A stretch of DNA of 63,869 nt, counting the filler, from Lenisia limosa (taxonomy: Eukaryota > Protista > Breviatea), in the NCBI GenBank assembly GCA_001655205.1. It is 14 parts of 14 records of this genome, joined end to end, with 100 filler letters (N's around TTAATTAATTAA, not from the genome) between each part and the next. Parts side by side here need not be neighbours in the genome. Positions count along the whole stretch, not along the records: positions 3,655 to 20,341 come from LPNZ01006388.1; positions 20,442 to 32,966 come from LPNZ01008788.1; 12 more parts are not named here. One strand, 5' to 3'. The notes beneath the pieces are model-generated. The model searched no databases. It worked only from the letters and a program-made list of their open reading frames with translations, and was not told where the DNA came from. Shown here one piece after another: positions 14,246-25,259 of this stretch (its first letter is position 1; every line of letters begins with the position of its first letter). A program made the position numbers and the translations under genes.

Positions 14246-15866
14246 TTAAATGAGTATTGAGAACAAGTCACAATTTGAACACTTTAACACAAGATTAGTA
14301 CCCAAAGGGCCTTCCTTCACTTCCGCTATCGGGTATGAGAAGCATGATGTTGTGTGTTTTCTGAAAACAGAACGCATTCTCCTGACCAGGTATTCTTTGT
14401 TGATAGCTGCATCCTGGAGGTGAGGGTAAGTGGAAAGAGGAGGGATCATCTAACAAAACCAAAGAAAACGGAAGTCAATCATCCAAACCAAAGCAATAGA
14501 CAAAATTATAATGCTGGTGTTATTTCCATCAATTTCTTGTCAAGTTTGACCATTATCTAACAAAACAACATCGTCCATCACTCACTTTTGTTTGTATTCT
14601 CATTCCGCACTTGCAAAAGAACACATCATCATGGTGCATGAGATGAAACGTGCGACACACAGGACACAGTAACTCATCATCTATCACGTCTGGTTCACAG
14701 TTCATGGAAAGGAACGCTTCAATTGATGCTTCTTCTCTGATCAACTTATCATATTGAATTATCATAGTGTCAGTTACTACATCAAATTTCAGCTTCAAAA
14801 AGGGTCAAAATAAAATCGATAACATTACATATTATGTGAACATATAGCTATAATATGATATATTTTATCACTTAATATTGTGAGAATGTATGGGTTCAAA
14901 CACATGCCACAACAGGCCATTTCTGAACTCCGCCAACCTTTCTAATTCCTGTTCATAGTATTCTGCCATCATTTGATCCTCTACACTTCGTAAAAAACGG
15001 GTCTCAGGGTTTTTTTTGGATTACTCATTTATTTTTTGATAACTATAAAGCAGACGGTTTGGGGAAACATAAACCGGGGTCAGCCAAGGACCAATGCACA
15101 CAATAACCAAACCCTACCATGCTCCTCATAGTCTTTCCTCAGCTCCTCTTCCAGCCACTCAAATAAAGATGCGTCTGTAAACTATTGAAATAAGTCGACT
15201 TTACTACAAGTTACAATACTAAAAGCTATCTAACAATTAAAACCTGATGCTGACCTCTGCAGCCTCCATATTGTCATCATTCTCCCGGATAGCTAAACTA
15301 TGAATGGCAAACATCAAATGTGAATGGGAATTTTAATACCATGGTCAATAAGCTGAATATTCAGTTTTATCATCACCAAAAGGATAACATCATTAAAAAA
15401 AAAAATCTGCCGTTTATTAGATGTCACGAAAGACAATCAACCCCCTTACACGCCACAATAGAGGCCAGGTCTTTTGAATTATATCGGTTTTGCCTCAAAC
15501 CCCTTCGCCTCTCAATAGCCTCCTTCCGCAACAACGCTCGAACCCTGTATGGTCAAGAAGAAGAGGCGAACAAACATATTCTTATATCAAATAATATCAC
15601 ACTATTAAAGATGCTGGTAACTGAAAGATATATTTGACTGCGTACTTATACTCACAATCCTGGTAATAAGGGAATATGAGTGAAGCAAACGCCCATTGAT
15701 TGTGTTTAGAGATTTCGATATAATCAAGCTTGACATATAATTTAACAACGTCCTCTCACTTTTCTCTTTTCCCCTCCGCGGTTGGTGACTGCTTGAACGT
15801 TCCTTGAAACTGCGAAGCCTTCTGGTCCCTTCGCCCCATCACAGGACTTTGAGGTGGAGACCTCAT
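14246..15866 (-). CDS. RPAIN: RPA-interacting protein (RIP/RPAIN-like)
   Basis: Basic N-terminus (VRALLRKEAIERRRGLR), acidic middle (EDQMMAEYYEQELER), C-terminal Zn-binding motifs LCPVCRTFHL...FFCKCG and H..SC...LVLKCSNCDLFSILI*. Confidence 0.72.
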
Positions 15867-16226
15867 TACCGTGCCCTAAGTCTGTCCACAAATATCGGAT
15901 GGTATTATAGGGAAGGCGGAGAAATGTCTTTGGTGGGTATCTAAATTATAGGTAGACCGGTGATGACAAAGATAACACTCTTCAGCTTAATTTCTTTTGG
16001 AAAAATTTCTTGGATGTAATGCTTTATGAAAAATGAAGAATGAAAAAAAAAAAAAAAACAGNNNNNNNNNNNNNNNNNNNNNNNNNNNNNNNNNNNNNNN
16101 NNNNNNNNNNNNNNNNNNNNNNNNNNNNNNNNNNNNNNNNNNNNNNNNNNNNNNNTTGTTTCCAATATTTAATTTGTTTTTTTTTTCTTCCACACCTCTT
16201 TTTAATTTGTAGTCTGAAAAAAAACA

Positions 16227-19200
16227 ATGCCATGCCCCAAAGCCATTGTGTACACTAGGGGAAACCTGAAGCTTGTGGACCAGCGGAAGCTGCCACATGA
16301 GGTCGTATTTGACGAGTTCAACACTGCCGCTACCGTGTAGGCCGGCCTTCTTGTGTACCAATCAACTTAATAATGCTTAACAATGTGAAGCAGAGCTTAG
16401 AAGGCTGCACTTAGGGACTGTGTTCTGATTTGACTCTTTCAGCTGGCATGCGATCAGAGACATGAACGTTCGTGGCGCCCCTGCTATTGCTGTCGCCGGC
16501 ATGCTGGCTATTGCTGTTGAGGTATGTATAGGATACTTGTGGCGTGTCTATTNNNNNNNNNNNNNNNNNNNNNNNNNNNNNNNNNNNNNNNNNNNNNNNN
16601 NNNNNNNNNNNNNNNNNNNNNNNNNNNNNNNNNNNNNNNNNNNNNNNTACTAATATCCATCTAAGTCGTACCCCCTGAGTGCAAAAACCAACTGAGTGCG
16701 AACACCAACCTGAGTACTTTATGAGGAAAACGTAGAAAATTGCTCAAACAAGTTTAAGATTGTTAAACCTCTAAAATTATAATCTAATGCATCACATGTC
16801 AATAGAATGTATTGAAATTATTTCCTTGAGAAAGAAAAATAACTATTGACAAAAGACCAATCTACCATCTCGGCAATACTTAAAGTAACGCATATTATTA
16901 AAACAACACAGGTTTTCGATATCATTTATTATATAATTTATATGTGAATTTTTAATAACACGCATATTTATCATATTTAGGCAGAGAACCGCACTCAAGC
17001 TGGCGAATTTACCACCTCAAATGAGTTTTTGGTGAGCTAGTAATTCTCCACTTGGTATTTGTTTGCTTAATGAGACAATGTATATATATGTACGTGGCAA
17101 GCATTTTCCTAAATAGCGGGGAACTACTCCTATGATATTGTATTGGATACTGGCTGCTCTGTGATGACCCTGCCCTCTAGACCTGGGTTCTCGAAGCGCT
17201 GCAGTCCCTCGCTTCTGCTCGCCCCACTGCTGTCAATCTTTTTAATGTTTGTTTTAAGGGTGCATAAGCAACATGGTTACTCTGACATAGATGAGGTTTA
17301 AGTCATGGGTAATTTTTGGCTCTTTGGGGGGTGCACATATCAGCCATGTTTTATCAGTTTTGCTGCTATGTGTTTTTGCAATATCCTTTTTACGAATTAT
17401 TTCCTTTCCACCAGGCGATAGACGAGTTTTCTGCTGACATGAAAGAGCTGGCAAAGGACAAGTCCCTGTCCGGTCGCAATCTTGCGGTCAAATTTATTGA
17501 GGCAGGTTGGTTGGCCTGTCCCTCTGTTTCATGTTGGTCTTGGAGCGGGTTCTCAGTACTTCATTAGCTGGTCTTTTTTTGGAAGGCAAGGATCGCAATA
17601 CCAACTTAGAGAAGCGAACATTCTGTTTAGCGGATGGGGGCTCTGTGTGTTGTTTCATGCGAACGTCTAGGCTGTGGAAACATTCACTGTACTGATTTGG
17701 TAATCTCTTTTAGCCCTGTCATGATATTTATGGATATGCACGTGGGTGGTCCCAAATAGAAGCTGATGCATAATGTTCAATTTGCAATTCAAATGGAGGT
17801 AGTAATTACATAAAGCCCAAGGCACAAAAAGCTCTATACACAGAGTTGTAATGTAAATGATTGGATGAACTAAATACTATAATCCAATATCTCTTATAAA
17901 CGTGATGGTGTGTATGGCTTCGGATATATGTCTGTATTATACAACCTTGTTTTTATTTCTCATTTCTATCTGAAATAAAGCTCATCCACCATTGCTATCA
18001 CCATGACTATCCAGCTGAGAAGATGTACTTCCAAGACCTGGCCGACAATAAGGCCATTGGCGACTTCGGTGCTGAACTCATCAAAGCCCAAAGCAACGTC
18101 ATTGGTGAGGTTTGGTGACAAATAATGTTTCAATTAATTGCAATATCTGATTTTTGGAACAAAGAGTTCAAATACTTAGATTACAATCAATGGAGGAAAA
18201 CGTAATTCTCTTATGATATGATATGCATGTAAATTATGATGTATATATTATGTTATACTCTGGTATGATACCTTATCTAACCATGCCTCATTGTTACATC
18301 ACATAATATTAAGCCAACGGCCAACCAAAGGTCAAATGTAGGGCTTCACTTTGGTCTGAATTTCTCGATAAATCCTCAAAAATTATCGTAATATTACCAG
18401 ACTTTTTCGAACCGAAGTGAAGGCCTAGTCATATGTTACCACTTCAGGCACAGCTGGTGTTTTGACACACTGCAACGCGGGTGCTCTTGCAACCTGCGGT
18501 GGGACGGGGGCTTCTTAAACAGGGTTTATTGTTACAAAGCAAATAATTGTCTCAGTAAAACATATCATATATCGATATCACACATATTGTAGTAATATCA
18601 TATTTCAATTATTGAGAGGTTATTTTGTATTAGTAACTTCTGACACTTCAGGCTGGGGTACTGCTGTGGGAGTTATCCGATCAGTCCATCAACGAGGCCA
18701 GCTTAGGGATGCGTATTGTACCGAAACGAGACCTTATAACCAGGTGGGTTCCCACCAAATGGCTGGCGATGGCCTGATTAAGCTACCATATTCTTGACTA
18801 TTGCCCAAATTATTCTATTCTTTGCTTATTGCCTAGGGTGCTCGCCTTACTGCTTTTGAACTGGTTGAGTCTGATATTCCCACTACTTTAAGTGTGCAGT
18901 GGATGGGGTGAATGCTACTCTCTTGAATGTCAGGGTTAAAAATGTGCATCTATTTTCCCGTACTTTACAAAATATGGAGATATTCGAGAAATTCTATTTT
19001 CTAGGCAATATCAATAGATAACAGACACAATTTTTACTCAGCAGTTTGTGATAACATGGTTGGAGCGTTGATGGCCGAAGGAAAGCTGAGCGCGGTTGTT
19101 ACTGGTGCGGACAGAGTGGTGGGGGGAGGGGGGTCATGGCTGAATGATATGTGCATGCCGTGTCATATTACAAAGACAATGTATATTGCTGTATGTGGCT

Positions 19201-20223
19201 CTCCATATCCTAATATCGTGATGTTTTGGACGACTTTGACTTGATACACCTTCAGGCAATGGAAAGTTAGAAACAACAGAGGGGGAAATGACTCAACAAT
19301 ATAAAAATACACAATGTGCTACTTGCCCGTTACTTCTGGAACTGACACCCTAGGTTAATGACGGTTCAACTGCAAACAAAATCGGTACTTATCAAATCGC
19401 CATTATGGCCAAGGAGCACAACGTATACGGGAGTTCTGTTCTGTTTTGGGCTTGAGATTCTTCTTGTTTTATTATTAACACAAAGCTTGAAGGAAAAAGT
19501 GGTGAGGGAGTATAAGACTTTAAAAATAAGTCGTGTTAAATTCAATGTTCACACTATCCTATTTCTCATCCCTTAGATTCCCTTCTACATCGCTGCCCCT
19601 TCGACTACCTTGGACCCCTCCAGACAAACGGGGAAGGAAATCAAAATCGAGCAGCGTCCTGCTGATGTACGTGATGCTTCATTATTTCTCTCTTTGTTAC
19701 CGATGAAGGGGAATCATGATTCATGCACCCGTCTCACCATTTAGGAGCTCACCCATGTTAACGGCCTCAGAATTGCTGCTAGTAGAGTTGGCGTTTGGAA
19801 CCCTTCCTTCGACGTCACACCCCCTCGGTACATCACTGCTATCATCACTGAACTTGTGAGTGGACTTTCATATCAGCAAGACTTCACTTTTATTTGATTT
19901 TGTGTCTCCAAGAATAGATATTATTACTCTCTGCTTATTATGCATATTATATGATATGTATGCATATTATATATTGTGTCTGATATCCTCTACCTAAATC
20001 ATCATAATAAAGTTATCTTTGATCTGCAGTCGTTGTTGAAACAAAAATAGACGTTTATTTTTCATTGTCATGAAGAGCAATACTATCTTCGGTATAAGGA
20101 ATGTCTGTCTTTAATCTGTTTCAGGGGGTGATTCACCCTGAAAACGGCCGCTTCGATATCAAACAGTTCCTTGAGACACACAAGGACAACCGCCCTGCCC
20201 CCCTTGAGCATGACCTTGAGTAA
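16227..20223 (+). CDS. MRI1: Methylthioribose-1-phosphate isomerase (methionine salvage), ~13 exons
   Basis: Spliced: [127 protein letters not shown]; TAA at 20221-20223. Confidence 0.96.
17821..17970 (+). repeat. Intronic repeat family B, copy 1 (MRI1 intron)
   Basis: aaagctctatacacagagttgtaatgtaaatgattgg...ataatccaatatctcttat...cgtgatggtgtgtatggcttcgg matches 22913-23052, 37336-37458 and 47291-47332. Confidence 0.8.
18339..18427. mobile_element. hAT-like MITE (family A) in MRI1 intron
   Basis: TIRs tagggcttcactttgg...ccgaagtgaaggccta; flanks gtcaaatg / gtcatatg (8-bp TSD, 7/8). Ends 20 nt before the acceptor. Confidence 0.85.
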
Positions 20224-21408
20224 TCAAGCTGCTGTATAGATAATATATGTCTTCAATTGATGAAATTTTTTTCACGGGCTATCTTTTCTGATACATGACG
20301 ACATACAAACGACATATACATATGCCTCTTAGCATATACTANNNNNNNNNNNNNNNNNNNNNNNNNNNNNNNNNNNNNNNNNNNNTTAATTAATTAANNN
20401 NNNNNNNNNNNNNNNNNNNNNNNNNNNNNNNNNNNNNNNNNTGAAATGTTGTTTTTCAATGGAAAATATTTCAAAAGTCCAATGTTTACAACTACAGACG
20501 TTTACAAGAAATACTGCCTCACAAAGGAATACAGATATTTACAGGAGTAATAATCTCTACTCGAAAATGCAATATCAACAAATATATCAAAATAAGAAGT
20601 CTCACCGGCAACTGTTGTCTCTGCCTCTCCCGCGGCTGCGGTTGTTGTTGTTGCAATTGTGATTCCGACGACATGATTGAAGCCTAGTGTCAATTGAATT
20701 GGAAGTGGAAATGCAAAACAAGGTGGTTTCAAACCAAGTCATCTACCATCACGCTGAAATGGAACATCGATTATAACAACATATTACTACCCTCAATTAT
20801 TTATCAAACAGCTCATGTATAAAGCTGTCTGTGTGCCTTCCAAGCATGATGCAATGCCTAATAACGCATAATTTATAAAAGTCTTTAGCGCAGTTTTGCC
20901 CATCGCTCCAACCCCTACCTCAGTGCCTCCTGAAGGCAAAAGAGGCTCACTGCTACTGGCCATGCAACAGGCCAAAAAGTGGCTTTTTCACTGGACGACA
21001 CTAGAAAGGCAACTTCAGGGAGATCAGTCGGGGGGAAGAGGATTTTGGACCGATCTTTCACAAAAAAAGAGTCTACTTATAATAATAGGCAATTTGACGT
21101 TTAATAGAGGCGAAAGGAAGCGCGGAGCGAGTTTTGCATGGTGGGTTTAAACACCCCTTGACTTGCCTTCTTTATTTATGCACACCTCTTGCCTTTCAGA
21201 CCTTCAGACCACTAAGTAGGTGAAAGTGAATTAAAAACGATTTGTTTTTCAAGGCACAAGCAGGAACTCAGCAGCTCAACAGTCCTCAGTGTCTGCAAGT
21301 ATTGAAGATCCTACCCGGAAGGGTTTTAGGGTTTTAAAGATATTAAAGCCATTGCTTGCGTTTTGACCGGACCCCTTTTTCCTGCCACAACACTGATTAC
21401 CACTCCCA

Positions 21409-24400
21409 ATGGTTTGTGTGGGTAAGTGGATAGTTGCAATGGTTAGCTCAGATGGTTACTTCACAGCTTCTTAATGGCAAATATACTAAATCTCTCTCAT
21501 AAGATAGTTGACGTGGTACACTTTTTCATATATCGATATACACTATAGCAATAGAGTATATTATATCTCATATCAGTATATAAAGTATATTATATTACAC
21601 TATTAATATCAGGGTAATAGTTTATGACTTAATAACTTTTTCAGGACCTGGAGGGAGTGGGGAAAAGATGCGGTCTCCCCTCATGCAATGCCCTTGGTAA
21701 GTGGGGTGGTGTATTATGGTTTGAAATGAGATTTGGTATGTCACACTCATCCCCCCTTACAACGCAGAGTTTCTGTCTCTCATCCCCCCTTACAACGCAG
21801 AGTTTCTGCCCGAGCATTGCAAGCAATGCCGCGGAGTGTATTGTCATGAGCATGTTGTACCGCAGGCACATAAATGGTGGGCGTATTGAAAGGGGAGCTC
21901 TTAAGGAAATGAGTGATTGGGCTTCACTTCGGTTCAGAAAAGACGGTAATATATCGATAGTTTTCGAGGATTTATCGAGAAATTTCGTCTTTTTTTCTAA
22001 CCGAAGTGAAGCCCTATGAGAGAGTGGGTGTATTTTCAATTACACAAGCTTGTGTTACAAATGGTGTGCTGTTTAAGGTTCAAGATGAATAAAGAAACTC
22101 ATAAGTAAATGGTTTCTTGAGTGGGATAGTAGTGATGGTCTCTTGAGCGGGGTGGTAATGGTCCACATTAAGACTCGCATTCCCGATCAATTATAATACT
22201 CCTCCAGCGCTACGCCAGCCTCAATTATAACACTCTAGCACCACCCCAGCCTCAGATCGTCGAGTCGGAGTTTGCCCGGATTGCAAAGCCAGCTTCCAGA
22301 GTGATAAACAGGTGTGTGGTATGAGGTTGGCTCTGGTTTGCATCATTTACATGTGTAAAATGTATATGATGACGCCATATTCTTCATTTTTCATCTNNNN
22401 NNNNNNNNNNNNNNNNNNNNNNNNNNNNNNNNNNNNNNNNNNNNNNNNNNNNNNNNNNNNNNNNNNNNNNNNNNNNNNNNNNNNNNNNNNNNNNNNNNNN
22501 NNNNNNNNNNNCTTCGTCTTATCCTCCTCTGAGCCGCAGCCTGATCCTGGTCGCTTTCATAACATACATTAGCTTCACATACATTTGACTATGAAATGGC
22601 CATGGCTTGCAGAGCGTAACTTGATTTTATGCCCACTTCATTGCCATTCATTACCTTCGTTCCAATTTTACTCCCCCCCACCCCACCCATTAATCATCCA
22701 GTTGGCAGAGCACATGCAATTCTCGTGCCCTGGCAAGCCGCAAGTCCAGCGATGTAAAGTGTGTTCTGGGGTAGTTCATTCTAAACGAGCAGGGAAAGCC
22801 TGAATTCTGAACAGGCTTAATATTTCATACTTTCCCCGTCTACTTTTTGACAGTACATTAAATAGTATAACTTGGATAAAAAATAATATGCGTAATGATT
22901 GCTGGGGAGGTAGGCAGAAAGCTGTGTGCACAGAGTTGTAAGGCAAATGATTGGGTGAATTAATATTATACTATAATCCAATATCTCTTATTAGCGTGAT
23001 GGTGTGAATGGCTTCGGCCAGACATCTTTTTTTCTAATTTCTCATTGCTATATAGTATGATATAATATTATGTTCAATACAACATGTACATATACATAGT
23101 AGGGAAACTTGCATCAATAAAACAAGTAAATACCATAACACTTACCATAACACTTACCTCACCCACTTAGGATACGTGTACTAGAGCTGCATATATTGTA
23201 TGGATATGATATTAACATTATGCCGATATTTAACGTGAAATCTTAGGAATATGCACCAACAGAGCGGACACTAATTAATGATGTTCTATTGAATATTGAC
23301 CAACAGCCGTTTTCTCAATCGACTAACTACCCAGGTTTGCAAGAAGAAAGTCGGGCTAACCGGGCTGGTGTGTCCAGATTGCAACGAACTCACCTGTGCT
23401 ACACATCGGTGAGAGCAGTGCATTGTGTGTTCCCATCATTACGATACTATTGTTCCGTTATACAGATGGGTATTAGAAATAAAAGTTAATTTCAAACTTC
23501 TCGCACAGCCTTCCTCGCTTGTTCTCTCCTTTTTTTCTTTTTTGCTATTGATGCCATTTTGTCTTTGTTCTCTCCTCAATGTTGATGTTACTGAAATTAG
23601 ACTTTCTTGAGGAAGCGTTTTTATAGTGTAACGGGATTCTTGGGACAATGTTGAAAAGCTTGTAGAGGAAACCTAGAAATGAAAAAATATACAATCCTTG
23701 CAATACTTTGTCATCATTAAATTTCTCCCACTTAAGTATTTTCATATTGTACACATATGAAACATAGTGTCCATGATTAGGTGAGGCAAAATGGGTCACA
23801 AAAAATGAAATGACAATGACAAATACCACATCAACACAAACCTTCGGTTGGGCAACCTTGCACCACATCAACACAAACCTTTGGGCAACCTTGCTTGCGC
23901 GTAGTGTGCATCAAATGTGCACCTTCCTCTAGACGAAGCTCTTCTGGGATGCGACGCGGAATCTCATTCTTGACCATGGCTGCTTGTATCATTGCTAAGT
24001 TGCCTTGACGGCAAAACCTCCAGCAATATAGATAGCTCTTGAAAACAGAGATGAACTAACATATAGTTGTGTTGTCCACCTCCGCGGCATTGTAAAAAAG
24101 GAATGTTTAATATTCACGAGTTTCATTTGAAGGGTTTTTTCTTTTCATGATTTTTAGGAGTTTCAGATTATTTGTACCTTTATGCCTTACATCTTTTGAA
24201 TTTCCAAGGGGTTAGGGGCTCATCTGCATAGTTGGTTTTGTGTGTGAGTGTTTTTAAAATGTTTTCACAAGTTGTCTATTTAAATTTTTTACTAAACACT
24301 GCGTGCTATCCCCCCCTCTCCCTACATAGATTTTGGTTTTGCATTTTTATCCTCCCCTCCCCAGATACCCCGATACCCACGATTGCACACCACCGAAAAA

Positions 24401-24797
24401 GAAGCAGAAAAATCAATCAGGTGAGCATGGGGGGGGGGGGGNNNNNNNNNNNNNNNNNNNNNNNNNNNNNNNNNNNNNNNNNNNNNNNNNNNNNNNNNNN
24501 NNNNNNNNNNNNNNNNNNNNNNNNNNNNNNNNNNNNNNNNNTTTTAACATTAATACATCCACTTTTTTTTTTTGTTTGAACGTTTATATCATATATCTAG
24601 AATGATATGTATATTTATTGTAGAATGAGTGGATGAAAGTTCTCTCGTATAACAATATGATCCATTTTAAAAGTCAACAGCCTTCTTGAACTGTTTTTTT
24701 GGTTTCCTTTACAATAGTAGTAGGCCGGGCTGGGAGAATGCCTCTAGCCAAAAAAGCAGAGAAAAAGAGCAAGAAGGACAAGTGTATTGTACAGTAG
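21409..24797 (+). CDS. ZFAND2: AN1-type zinc finger protein, ZFAND2/AIRAP(L)/Cuz1-like, with C-terminal CaaX
   Basis: DLEGVGKRCGLPSCNAL|EFLPEHCKQCRGVYCHEHVVPQAHK|CTTPASDRRVGVCPDC...EHMQFSCP...RCK|VCKKKVGLTGLVCPDCNELTCATH|RYPDTHDC...KKDKCIVQ* (TAG ends 24797). Start ATG tentative. Confidence 0.85.
21746..21808 (+). repeat. 33-bp tandem duplication that copies a 3' splice site
   Basis: ctcatccccccttacaacgcagagtttctg occurs at 21746 and 21779. Confidence 0.85.
21918..22016. mobile_element. MITE family A copy in ZFAND intron
   Basis: tgggcttcacttcggttcagaaaagac...gtcttttttctaaccgaagtgaagcccta. Confidence 0.85.
22913..23052 (+). repeat. Intronic repeat family B, copy 2 (ZFAND intron), contains tggc-TTCG-gcca hairpin
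   Basis: Near-full match to 17821-17970. Confidence 0.8.
23560..24030 (-). pseudogene. Ubiquitin-specific protease (USP) C-terminal/His-box fragment nested antisense in a ZFAND intron
   Basis: YLYCWRF...K..IPRRIPEELRLE, then VTHFASPNHGHYVSYVYNMKILKWEKFNDDKVLQGLYIF. The frame is disrupted by a local tandem duplication at ~23830-23895. No Cys box is visible. Confidence 0.5.
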
Positions 24798-25259
24798 TGT
24801 TGTATTGTATTGTGTTGCGGTTATTTAATTTCATGTTTTGTTTTCTTGGTTTTATTTTATTTGATTCAGTTTTGTAAAGGCTCTTCGGGCTTTATTGAAA
24901 CCTCCTTGGCTGTGGAAAAAGACTAAAAGAGTTTTTTTTATTTGGGTTCATGTAGCATCTAATCCTGATGAGAAGTTTAACTGGGGGCACGAATGTACTG
25001 CAAAATAATAATGCTACTCAGAATATTTCACCCCTGGCGGAAACATACAAACTTGTCATTACAGAAATAGCTAAAACCAAGAAAAAAACCCAGGAAAANN
25101 NNNNNNNNNNNNNNNNNNNNNNNNNNNNNNNNNNNNNNNNNNNNNNNNNNNNNNNNNNNNNNNNNNNNNNNNNNNNNNNNNNNNNNNNNNNNNNNNNNNN
25201 NNNNNNNNNNNNNNNNNNNNNNNNNNNNNNNNNNNNNNNNNNNNNNNNNNNNNNNNNNC

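Noticed and set aside
20500-21150. Short ORFs and possible exons between MRI1 and ZFAND2 (MASSSEPLL..., Gln-rich piece)
   Set aside because: No consistent exon chain or recognisable motif could be built.
22130-22200. Vaguely tRNA/snoRNA-like GC-richer patch
   Set aside because: No cloverleaf, TTCRA T-loop or paired C/D boxes could be built.
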